This document shows positions 13,301-45,239 of a stretch of 51,122 nt of DNA, piece by piece (within the stretch, counting starts at the first letter, position 1; the number at the start of each line of letters is the position of its first letter). A program made the position numbers and the translations under genes. The stretch spans positions 1 to 51,122 of the forward strand of contig NIVC01004305.1 of assembly GCA_002269645.1 (NCBI GenBank). Reading direction: 5' to 3'. The notes beneath the pieces are model-generated. The model saw only the letters and a list, made by a program, of their open reading frames with translations. It was not told the origin of the DNA and searched no databases. Origin of the DNA: Macrostomum lignano. Taxonomy: Eukaryota.

Positions 13301-16300
13301 TGAGCACATGAACATCTGAGCATCTGAGCACCTGAACATCTGAGCATCTGAGCACCTGAACATCTGAGCATCTGAGCATCTGAACATCTGAGCATCTGAG
13401 CATCTGAGCATCTGAGCTCCTGAACATCTGAGCATCTGAGCATCTGAACATCTGAGCATCTGAGCACCTGAACATCTGAGCATCTGAGCATCTGAGCATC
13501 TGAGCACATGAACATCTGAGCATCTGAGCACCTGAACATCTGAGCATCTGAGCACCTGAACATCTGAGCATCTGAGCATCTGAACATCTGAGCATCTGAG
13601 CATCTGAGCATCTGAGCACCTGAACATCTGAGCATCTGAGCACCTGAACATCTGAGCATCTGAGCATCTGAGCATCTGAGCACCTGAACATCTGAGCATC
13701 TGAGCATCTGAACATCTGAGCATCTGAGCACCTGAACATCTGAGCATCTGAGCATCTGAGCATCTGAGCACATGAACATCTGAGCATCTGAGCACCTGAA
13801 CATCTGAGCATCTGAGCACCTGAACATCTGAGCATCTGAGCATCTGAACATCTGAGCATCTGAGCATCTGAGCATCTGAGCACCTGAACATCTGAGCATC
13901 TGAGCATCTGAACATCTGAGCATCTGAGCATCTGAGCATCTGAGCACCTGAACATCTGAGCATCTGAGCACCTGAACATCTGAGCATCTGAGCATCTGAG
14001 CATCTGAGCACCTGAACATCTGAGCATCTGAGCACCTGAACATCTGAGCATCTGAGCATCTGAGCATCTGAGCACCTGAACATCTGAGCATCTGAGCATC
14101 TGAACATCTGAGCATCTGAGCACCTGAACATCTGAGCATCTGAGCATCTGAGCATCTGAGCACATGAACATCTGAGCATCTGAGCACCTGAACATCTGAG
14201 CATCTGAGCACCTGAACATCTGAGCATCTGAGCATCTGAACATCTGAGCATCTGAGCATCTGAGCATCTGAGCACCTGAACATCTGAGCATCTGAACATC
14301 TGAGCATCTGAACATCTGAGCATCTGAGCATCTGAGCACCTGAACATCTGAGCATCTGAACATCTGAGCATCTGAGCATCTGAGCATCTGAGCACCTGAA
14401 CATCTGAGCACCTGAACATCTGAGCATCTGAACATCTGAGCATCTGAGCATCTGAGCATCTGAGCACCTGAACATCTGAGCATCTGAGCATCTGAGCATC
14501 TGAGCACCTGAACATCTGAGCATCTGAGCATCTGAGCATCTGAGCATCTGAGCACCTGAACATCTGAGCATCTGAGCATCTGAGCATCTAAGCATCTAAA
14601 CATCTGAGCATCTGAGCATCTGAGCATCTGAGCACCTGAACATCTGAGCATCTGAGCATCTGAACATCTGAGCATCTGAGCATCTGAGCATCTGAGCACC
14701 TGAACATCTGAGCATCTGAGCATCTGAGCATCTGAGCACCTGAACATCTGAGCATCTGAGCATCTGAGCATCTGAGCATCTGAGCACCTGAACATCTGAG
14801 CATCTGAGCATCTGAGCATCTGAGCATCTGAGCATCTGAGCACCTGAACATCTGAGCATCTGAGCACCTGAACATCTGAGCATCTGAGCATCTGAGCATC
14901 TGAGCACCTGAACATCTGAGCATCTGAGCATCTGAGCATCTAAGCATCTAAACATCTGAGCATCTGAGCATCTGAGCATCTGAGCACCTGAACATCTGAG
15001 CATCTGAGCATCTGAACATCTGAGCATCTGAGCATCTGAGCATCTGAGCACCTGAACATCTGAGCATCTGAGCACCTGAACATCTGAGCATCTGAGCATC
15101 TGAGCATCTGAGCACCTGAACATCTGAGCATCTGAGCATCTGAACATCTGAGCATCTGAGCACCTGAACATCTGAGCATCTGAGCATCTGAGCATCTGAG
15201 CACATGAACATCTGAGCATCTGAGCACCTGAACATCTGAGCATCTGAGCATCTGAGCATCTGAGCATCTGAGCATCTGAGCACCTGAACATCTGAGCATC
15301 TGAGCATCTGAGCACCTGAACATCTGAGCATCTGAGCACCTGAACATCTGAGCATCTGAGCATCTGAGCATCTGAGCACCTGAACATCTGAGCATCTGAG
15401 CATCTGAACATCTGAGCATCTGAGCACCTGAACATCTGAGCATCTGAGCATCTGAGCATCTGAGCACATGAACATCTGAGCATCTGAGCACCTGAACATC
15501 TGAGCATCTGAGCACCTGAACATCTGAGCATCTGAGCATCTGAACATCTGAGCATCTGAGCATCTGAGCATCTGAGCACCTGAACATCTGAGCATCTGAG
15601 CATCTGAACATCTGAGCATCTGAGCATCTGAACATCTGAGCATCTGAACATCTGAGCATCTGAGCATCTGAGCATCTGAGCATCTGAGCATCTGAGCACC
15701 TGAACATCTGAGCATCTGAGCATCTGAGCACCTGAACATCTGAGCATCTGAGCACCTGAACATCTGAGCATCTGAGCACCTGAGCATCTGAGCATCTGAG
15801 CATCTGAGCACCTGAACATCTGAGCAACTGAGCATCTGAGCATCTGAGCACCTGAACATCTGAGCATCTGAGCATCTGAGCATCTAAGCATCTAAACATC
15901 TGAGCATCTGAGCATCTGAGCATCTGAGCACCTGAACATCTGAGCATCTGAGCATCTGAACATCTGAGCATCTGAGCATCTGAGCATCTGAGCACCTGAA
16001 CATCTGAGCATCTGAGCATCTGAGCATCTGAGCATCTGAGCACCTGAACATCTGAGCATCTGAGCACCTGAACATCTGAGCATCTGAGCATCTGAGCATC
16101 TGAGCACCTGAACATCTGAGCATCTGAGCATCTGAACATCTGAGCATCTGAGCACCTGAACATCTGAGCATCTGAGCATCTGAGCATCTGAGCACATGAA
16201 CATCTGAGCATCTGAGCACCTGAACATCTGAGCATCTGAGCACCTGAACATCTGAGCATCTGAGCATCTGAACATCTGAGCATCTGAGCATCTGAGCATC

Positions 16301-19300
16301 TGAGCACCTGAACATCTGAGCATCTGAGCATCTGAACATCTGAGCATCTGAGCATCTGAACATCTGAGCACCTGAACATCTGAGCATCTGAGCATCTGAG
16401 CATCTGAGCATCTGAGCATCTGAGCACCTGAACATCTGAGCATCTGAGCATCTGAGCACCTGAACATCTGAGCATCTGAGCACCTGAACATCTGAGCATC
16501 TGAGCATCTGAGCATCTGAGCACCTGAACATCTGAGCATCTGAGCATCTGAACATCTGAGCATCTGAGCACCTGAACATCTGAGCATCTGAGCATCTGAG
16601 CATCTGAGCATCTGAGCATCTGAGCATCTGAGCACCTGAACATCTGAGCATCTGAGCACCTGAACATCTGAGCATCTGAGCATCTGAACATCTGAGCATC
16701 TGAGCATCTGAGCATCTGAGCACCTGAACATCTGAGCATCTGAGCACCTGAACATCTGAGCATCTGAGCATCTGAGCATCTGAGCACCTGAACATCTGAG
16801 CATCTGAGCACCTGAACATCTGAGCATCTGAGCATCTGAGCATCTGAGCACCTGAACATCTGAGCATCTGAGCATCTGAACATCTGAGCATCTGAGCACC
16901 TGAACATCTGAGCATCTGAGCATCTGAGCATCTGAGCACATGAACATCTGAGCATCTGAGCACCTGAACATCTGAGCATCTGAGCACCTGAACATCTGAG
17001 CATCTGAGCATCTGAACATCTGAGCATCTGAGCATCTGAGCATCTGAGCACCTGAACATCTGAGCATCTGAACATCTGAGCATCTGAACATCTGAGCATC
17101 TGAGCATCTGAGCACCTGAACATCTGAGCATCTGAACATCTGAGCATCTGAGCATCTGAGCATCTGAGCACCTGAACATCTGAGCACCTGAACATCTGAG
17201 CATCTGAACATCTGAGCATCTGAGCATCTGAGCATCTGAGCACCTGAACATCTGAGCATCTGAGCATCTGAGCATCTGAGCACCTGAACATCTGAGCATC
17301 TGAGCATCTGAGCATCTGAGCATCTGAGCACCTGAACATCTGAGCATCTGAGCATCTGAGCATCTAAGCATCTAAACATCTGAGCATCTGAGCATCTGAG
17401 CATCTGAGCACCTGAACATCTGAGCATCTGAGCATCTGAACATCTGAGCATCTGAGCATCTGAGCATCTGAGCACCTGAACATCTGAGCATCTGAGCATC
17501 TGAGCATCTGAGCACCTGAACATCTGAGCATCTGAGCATCTGAGCATCTGAGCATCTGAGCACCTGAACATCTGAGCATCTGAGCATCTGAGCATCTGAG
17601 CATCTGAGCATCTGAGCACCTGAACATCTGAGCATCTGAGCACCTGAACATCTGAGCATCTGAGCATCTGAGCATCTGAGCACCTGAACATCTGAGCATC
17701 TGAGCATCTGAGCATCTAAGCATCTAAACATCTGAGCATCTGAGCATCTGAGCATCTGAGCACCTGAACATCTGAGCATCTGAGCATCTGAACATCTGAG
17801 CATCTGAGCATCTGAGCATCTGAGCACCTGAACATCTGAGCATCTGAGCACCTGAACATCTGAGCATCTGAGCATCTGAGCATCTGAGCACCTGAACATC
17901 TGAGCATCTGAGCATCTGAACATCTGAGCATCTGAGCACCTGAACATCTGAGCATCTGAGCATCTGAGCATCTGAGCACATGAACATCTGAGCATCTGAG
18001 CACCTGAACATCTGAGCATCTGAGCATCTGAGCATCTGAGCATCTGAGCATCTGAGCACCTGAACATCTGAGCATCTGAGCATCTGAGCACCTGAACATC
18101 TGAGCATCTGAGCACCTGAACATCTGAGCATCTGAGCATCTGAGCATCTGAGCACCTGAACATCTGAGCATCTGAGCATCTGAACATCTGAGCATCTGAG
18201 CACCTGAACATCTGAGCATCTGAGCATCTGAGCATCTGAGCACATGAACATCTGAGCATCTGAGCACCTGAACATCTGAGCATCTGAGCACCTGAACATC
18301 TGAGCATCTGAGCATCTGAACATCTGAGCATCTGAGCATCTGAGCATCTGAGCACCTGAACATCTGAGCATCTGAGCATCTGAACATCTGAGCATCTGAG
18401 CATCTGAACATCTGAGCATCTGAACATCTGAGCATCTGAGCATCTGAGCATCTGAGCATCTGAGCATCTGAGCACCTGAACATCTGAGCATCTGAGCATC
18501 TGAGCACCTGAACATCTGAGCATCTGAGCACCTGAACATCTGAGCATCTGAGCACCTGAGCATCTGAGCATCTGAGCATCTGAGCACCTGAACATCTGAG
18601 CAACTGAGCATCTGAGCATCTGAGCACCTGAACATCTGAGCATCTGAGCATCTGAGCATCTAAGCATCTAAACATCTGAGCATCTGAGCATCTGAGCATC
18701 TGAGCACCTGAACATCTGAGCATCTGAGCATCTGAACATCTGAGCATCTGAGCATCTGAGCATCTGAGCACCTGAACATCTGAGCATCTGAGCACCTGAA
18801 CATCTGAGCATCTGAGCATCTGAGCATCTGAGCACCTGAACATCTGAGCATCTGAGCATCTGAACATCTGAGCATCTGAGCACCTGAACATCTGAGCATC
18901 TGAGCATCTGAGCATCTGAGCACATGAACATCTGAGCATCTGAGCACCTGAACATCTGAGCATCTGAGCACCTGAACATCTGAGCATCTGAGCATCTGAA
19001 CATCTGAGCATCTGAGCATCTGAGCATCTGAGCACCTGAACATCTGAGCATCTGAGCATCTGAACATCTGAGCATCTGAGCATCTGAACATCTGAGCACC
19101 TGAACATCTGAGCATCTGAGCATCTGAGCATCTGAGCATCTGAGCATCTGAGCACCTGAACATCTGAGCATCTGAGCATCTGAGCACCTGAACATCTGAG
19201 CATCTGAGCACCTGAACATCTGAGCATCTGAGCATCTGAGCATCTGAGCACCTGAACATCTGAGCATCTGAGCATCTGAACATCTGAGCATCTGAGCACC

Positions 19301-19736
19301 TGAACATCTGAGCATCTGAGCATCTGAGCATCTGAGCACATGAACATCTGAGCATCTGAGCACCTGAACATCTGAGCATCTGAGCACCTGAACATCTGAG
19401 CATCTGAGCATCTGAACATCTGAGCATCTGAGCATCTGAGCATCTGAGCACCTGAACATCTGAGCATCTGAGCATCTGAACATCTGAGCATCTGAGCATC
19501 TGAACATCTGAGCATCTGAACATCTGAGCATCTGAGCATCTGAGCATCTGAGCATCTGAGCATCTGAGCACCTGAACATCTGAGCATCTGAGCATCTGAG
19601 CACCTGAACATCTGAGCATCTGAGCACCTGAACATCTGAGCATCTGAGCACCTGAGCATCTGAGCATCTGAGCATCTGAGCACCTGAACATCTGAGCAAC
19701 TGAGCATCTGAACATCTGAACATCTGAGCATCTGAG
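10337..19736. repeat. 8-bp satellite array, 1175 units (CATCTGAG major; CACCTGAA and CATCTGAA common; CACATGAA, CATCTAAG, CATCTAAA, CAACTGAG, CACCTGAG, CATTTGAG rare)
   Basis: 9400 bp / 8 = 1175. Every 120-bp checkpoint from 10441 to 19681 starts a unit in the same register. Confidence 0.99.
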
Positions 19737-19996
19737 TGAGTGAGTGAACATCACAAACTGAGAAAAGCGATACAAAACTGTCAAAAGTAAACTTTATAAT
19801 ATTTTCTTATTCAAAGAAACTGTTGTTAAACTAGATGTTAGATTGGTGAACTGCATAATTTTTATATATTTTGTTTTCGAACATACATGCGAATAACCGT
19901 CAAAAAGTTAGACTAAAAAACTGAGTGAATCAAATTTTTCACTCACTGACATAATGTTGGCTGGAAAACGTCCCACAGGCAAACGTCGCTATCCCC

Positions 19997-20410
<414 letters not shown>

Positions 20411-22927
20411 AAAGTGAATATAAAGCACAGTTTTCTTATGATACTACTCTAATGGTTGACCAAGTAGCACGATGCTGGCCTCGATTTCCTGTTTCTACTA
20501 ATTTTAGCCCGCTCAAGCACTTAGATTGCAGTGACTACCTGCTGAAAGCAAGTTTTCAACATTTTCTGTATGTATTACAACCCAAAGGATTTTATTATAT
20601 AGGAGGATCGTAGCCGCTAAGTCATAATTCGGCCATACGTATTGCCAGACGTCAAGAAATTTTGCCTAAAACAGACGGGCTTTCATGAAACCTAAATTTC
20701 AATTGCTAAAAGTTATAAGCATACAATATCACAGCGTCAAAACTTCACAGGACGTATCTAATTATTTACCAATGAAAGTAAATGCATTTAAGTCTTGTGA
20801 AAACGCTCTGTACATGCGACACGTAGACTTTATTGCGATTTACACTAAACCCGTGCATTACAGAGCTTAACGTAATCAATCAGAATTCAGAATGGAGCTG
20901 TCACTAGCGAACGATGACTGAGCATGAGATGAATAATGTGAGCATGTGAGAGAATTTACTTTACCAGTGCCATATGCCATATGCATCATGCTGAAAAAAT
21001 ATTTGTTTATAATGTTACAGCACATTATTTCGCGGTCTAGACAGCAACAAAAATGCTTATTTTTGGCCAAAGCTTTCGATAGAAAATCCCCGCTCACGCT
21101 GTCCCTTCCTGACCTCCGCAAGGAATTGGATCTACCCAGAGTTAATGCACAGCATTAGGATTTCCGCATCAGTGGAGCAAGAAAAAATTGAAGCGATGCA
21201 GACTGGCTATAATGCTCGTGACCTTCAGACTCTGGACAAGGAACGGAAGATTCTACAGTCAAAAGCTGTACTGCTTTTATTAATGTCTGAGTAAAAATAT
21301 AAACTCGCCGTCCTTGATTCGCGTTTGAATGAGTTCTTTATAGACATTGTCACGCAATTACCGGCTATGGGGTGCATCGATCATCTACAGTCATTCTATT
21401 GTTAAAATGACACAGCGAACTTGAAATTCAAACAACTACAATAAGGAAAACTACTATCAAACTCAAAGCATAAAACAAGTAAAAAACTCGAATTTTTGCA
21501 AATTCAAGCGAATCATTTGCCCCGTCAACAAGTAGCTACTTTAGGTAATCTGGTTACAGTGGACGAATAATTTTCGATTGAAATCGACTCAATTTGCATT
21601 GTAAATCCAGCTTCGGACAAGGACTCTTGTCTAGCTAAGGCAGACTCTTGTATCAATAAAATTTCTTGTTTGTAAAAGTACAATTCTTTGAACTCTTGGA
21701 CGGTCAACAGTGTGCCGAAAAAATAACTAAGCCAAAAGTGGCGTTGCTTAGAAGCCTCCGCTCGGAGCAATATTTATTTTCTCAATATTTATCTTCACTG
21801 AAAGGGGAGCCTAGCCGACTCTTTAAAGCAATTCGACCAAATTCCCGATGGAGTCGGCTGGTGCTCAAAAAACGTCGGGGGAGCTGCAGACGATCGGGGT
21901 AGTTTCTCTCTCGCATTTTTGTTGGTAGCTCGCATATAATTATTAGGGGAAAAAGCCTTCCCCGTCTGTTTTGTCGAGGCCAAGCACTTGGACAGGAAAT
22001 ATTTTCCCTAACCACGTGACACTAACCGTAGAAGGCCTCGATATCTACGGGTCTGTATAAGTGAGTGGAGATGGGGGGAGCAGCAAGTCAAAAAAAGATG
22101 AATTGAGCGCGCACTGGCAGCGAGAGTGCTGTGCTGGCCTGTTTATATCTCTTGCATTCCTAGCCACGAAAGCTATGCTTGTGTTCCACTCGGAGAAAAT
22201 ACGTCAAATTTTCCCTATCTCTGAATACAGCTGCTCCCCCAATCTCTCGTCTGTCTTTGTACATACTTATTTTGCTTTAAGCTGGGCAATATTTCATTTT
22301 CGGTCACGCAATTCATTCTATCATGTGTAGCGTGATTACTTTCTGGCACTACTCGGCTGCCTCTGTTACTGTGTATGTCGCGCACGTGGAAAATGCTATG
22401 AGACTGATCGCTCAAAGGTTTTGTAACGATTAATAAGCGGCAGTGGACAGCAGCGATAGATCGCTACTAGGAGCAAAGAGCTATTGTAAAATACGCAGAC
22501 GGTTAGATTATGGAAGAAGAGAACCCATAGTCTGTTTGTTCATTCGCCCTAAATTTTGGGGTAAATTTAGTTTTACTGACACTTACTGCCAGTTCAGTAA
22601 GAGAGACGAAAAAGGCTCTCTATCTCACTGGATAAAGTTGAAAAGTCATCCAGGATATTTACTCCGACAAGCGTGCAGAATTGATTTTGTCTATGGTTGA
22701 ACTTAATGGTCTATAATTAAGATAGAAGCAATCAAGAATCATTCATTTCTGCAGGCAGAAGCGTCCAAGAAGGCCATTCCCACTTTTATTTTAATCAGCA
22801 TTTAGCATTTAGCATTTATTTTAGATCCTTGAACTTTCTACTGCCATTAGTACAAGCTCGTACTAAACTCGTAGGTACGAGTAAACTACGAGCTAGAACT
22901 CAAAAGTATATTTATTACTAAGCAGGG

Positions 22928-23411
22928 GGTTGTAGCCAGTGGCGTAGCCAGGAATTTCAATTGGGGCACTCATTTTGGCGCCGCAGGCACTCATTTTGGC
23001 GCCGCAGGCACTCATTTTGGCGCCACAGGCACTCATTTTGGCGCCGCAGGCACTCATTTTGGCGTCGCAGGCACTCATTTTGGCGCCGCAGGCACTCATT
23101 TTGGCGCCGCAGGCACTCATTTTGGCGCCGCAGGCACTCATTTCGATTCTCGACCTACTCGGAACAATTTGTGTCGTTGAGCAAGACACTTGACTCTGCA
23201 TTGCTTCAGTTCACCCAGCTGTAAAATGGGTGCCAGCATTAGCAGGTGTAATTGAGGTTGTGTGTGGTGACCCCCCAGTCCTTGGACTGAACTGACCGTA
23301 CGCAGCCTTTAGATGCGCCGCGCAATAGCTGTGGCTGAGCTGTCGGTTGCACATCTGCTCATTAGTACCGGTGTAATCAGTTATTTTTTATTACTAATAC
23401 TGTATTATTAT
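22928..23411 (+). mobile_element. tRNA-derived CORE-like SINE copy whose A-box/B-box spacer is replaced by a MITE end plus a minisatellite
   Basis: GGTTGTAGCCAGTGG (22928-22942) matches the SINE head at 40466, and TTCGATTC (23142-23149) is the B box. The body shares a 50-nt identical stretch (CTCTGCATTGCTTCAGTTCACCCAGCTGTAAAATGGGTGCCAGCATTAGC) with 40466-40748 and ends in a TTA-rich tail. Confidence 0.8.
22965..23143. repeat. 21-bp minisatellite (GGCACTCATTTTGGCGCCGCA), 8.5 units
   Basis: Direct reading, with unit starts at 22965, 22986 and so on to 23133. Confidence 0.97.
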
Positions 23412-26119
23412 TGGTAAAATAATAATCAGGATGAGTTGAGAAACGCTCTATGGGGTACTGATTGAGATAAACGAACCCCTGGGGTATGCAAGTTTATCAA
23501 AGAACGCATCAAAAAATCCACCCTGTCTTTTGAGCTGTGAAGATAATATTAACAAATAGGCATCTTCTTCGCATAGAACTAAAAAACAGCAAAGCTCGAA
23601 ATCAAATGAATCGGCTAAAGTCTGTCTTTCATGCCGTGACGTCCGCACTACTCGAGCACCTGAGAGGATCGGGGAAGAGAGCTAACGTAGCAGAGAAGGA
23701 AAAGCAATTGATACAGAGCGCGATGCCAGGTAGCAAGAAAAATACGGGCTCAGGTGTTCCCCTTAGCATCGCTACTATGATATTAGAGGGGGGCAAAACA
23801 GCATCCCACTCATCAATGATTCACACTTAGGAGCCCCCTTGATGTTAGCAAACCTTGAGCTTCTATAGCCCCACTCTGACAGCGTCACTAGCCCCCAGAC
23901 TCTTGTGCATAGTTGATCTCGTTTCTGTGAGGCGTCGTCAAAAATTCCGTCTGCATGGCTTCAAAACGAAGATTGGTTAATATTTCAAGTCTGTAAATTT
24001 TTATATACCATCGCATGAAATATTCAATATGACTTTCATTCGGTTAATAGGTTTCGAAAGCTGAATGAACCATCGAAAGCTTGTTGCCGGTTGATATTTA
24101 TGAACGTGTAAAGCTTTCGATTGAAAGTACATTACCAGACTTCGCGAAATCGTCTCCAAAGGACTAAACGGTCAAAACATGTTTATGCCAAATTCTCTCG
24201 ACTCTTGGGGATTAGCTAACGGAGACGCAGAGCAAGAAAGTAAAAATTGAGATTTTCAGAGGGGCTTTAGTCTATAAAGCTTAATGCGAAGCTTTTTTCA
24301 GAAAGAAAAATGCTGAAGATGGAGTATCAACTATCAACTTCATCGAACTCGAGTGGGCTTCACGTCACGATTCACGAAGCTAAGTTGCATAATAAAAATA
24401 TCGAATTTATAACGCGCAAGGATACACATTTTTTATATAGTATAATTTAGTAATTTATTCTAACTACTGTCGCTACATGTAAATATACACATAAGTAGTA
24501 TATAGAGTATAGACCTCTGCGTGGACTCCGGAGTCCGGAGGGATCAGGGGCGGTTTGACTGTTAATCTTGCTTTTCTGACCAGAAACTAGCATTAGCAGA
24601 CAGAGCAAAGCGAACTAATCGTTTTCGTTTCAGTTTACTGAGTTTAGTTTAGTTCGTGCTTGGCTGATTTTAACTCCGCAAACTCCCCACCCCCTCCCTC
24701 TATAAGGGTGACAAACTCCAGCAGTTAGCACTGGAAACCCCCACTGAGAGTGTCGACCATTCACTTATCAGTTTTGCCCGCGGGCTTGGCGGGTGGGGGG
24801 GTTGTGCGTTATTTGGGCCAGAGTGTACATTTCCCCACTCACCCCCTCAGCTAGCTCAATGTACACCCCCTCCCTTCTCTTCCTCATTAGCGGACAGTTT
24901 CTAGTTCTCTCTCTCGTTCAGAATTAGAGAGGCGCGATCAGATTAAGGTCGTATATTGTAAGCAATTGGCTGAGGCCACTGGGGCGTGTCAAGCCACCAA
25001 TTTCATTGTCCAACAACCCATTACCGCTCTTGAGTCCCGAGCCCAATAATGCACTCACTTTTTGGAGTACTGTACAAAAATGAGCAAGAAGGACAGAAAA
25101 AATTCAATCACGAGGAGGAACTTATAAGGTAGCGCAAGTGCTTAGGAAATAATGACACTTGCTTGAGTAGCTTTTCTTTTCTGTCTTCCAGAAGAAAACA
25201 CGATTTGGTAAATGAGACAGATTCGAATCCAGACAAAACAGTTTCCACATCAATCTTAAATGCCTTAGCAGTTGAGGTTTTCGACGCGAGTTATTAAATT
25301 TTCGTCCTCCCGGAGGCATTGCAACTACAGCCCAGGACTTTCTTACCAGCCCTCGGGGCTTTGGTGGGAATTCGAAGACAGGCCGTCATTTTCTGTGCTC
25401 GCTCCGCTCAATCAACAGAAATTTCCTGTATGCTCGACAGTCGAAACCAGGCAAGCGCAATTCAGTATTCACTATTAGCCCAATACATTTCCCAACTAAA
25501 GCTGTGATAGACGAGTATTCCAGAGACAGTCACTGGCACTAGGCGATTGGCTGTATTGGAACAGACAGTCCCGCTTCTGTCATTCTATCATTCCTGTTAG
25601 CTCACTCGATGCAACTCCCCATCCTCTTCCCAGTTTCTCTTTCCATCTCTCTGCCCCTCGCCTCCGCTATCCGTCTGCCCTACCCTGCAGTTTCCCAAGC
25701 CCACTAAGTGCAGTTGGCTGGGGAAGCTCAGCCTTGCCCTCCCGGTCTCCCCCATCTCGCTCTTTCTCTACCGCACCTAGGCCATTCCTCTGCTCCAACC
25801 AAGTCCTCACTGGACCTGGGAGGCCCCAATCCGCTTCTCAGTGCCCCACTCTTCCCTTATCCCTTCATACGTCTGCCGCTAAAGCCAAAGAGGGCTGTAG
25901 CTCCCTCTCCAATCCCAGACGGAATATAAATTTATGAAAAAAATACTGCGCTCATTTCTACAAGGAGGGGTAGTCGAGACAGACGAATAACTAAAGGTGG
26001 TGTAGCATTGAAGACAATAGTTATTTATTATTCCAAAAAGACACTGATCTTATTACTCATTGACTCAACTTTTCAGACTCACCTAAAGCCGCTTGCACTA
26101 GACAAACAACTTTAGTGAC

Positions 26120-45239
<19,120 letters not shown>

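Larger units (their letters stand above)
9533..19996. mobile_element. Putative non-autonomous TIR (foldback/MITE-like) element of 10464 bp carrying a satellite, inserted in an (ATCT)n tract
   Basis: The left end GGGTCTACGAAGTTTGCCTGCCGGACGTTTGCCAGCCGGCGTT matches the reverse complement of the right end (GGGGATAGCGACGTTTGCCTGTGGGACGTTTTCCAGCCAACATT) at 29/36 ungapped positions from the CGA onward. The same right-end sequence matches 9737-9766 at 27/30. ATCT directly flanks both ends in the same orientation. No transposase ORF is seen. Confidence 0.6.

Noticed and set aside
10298-19784. Very long minus-strand ORFs (up to 807 aa) of QMLRCSDA repeats
   Set aside because: They are an artefact of an 8-bp unit lacking stops on one strand. 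They occur in all three frames and are ended only by rare G-to-A variant units, with no splice or domain context.
21525-22015. Cluster of short ORFs on both strands
   Set aside because: No recognisable domain or consistent exon structure.
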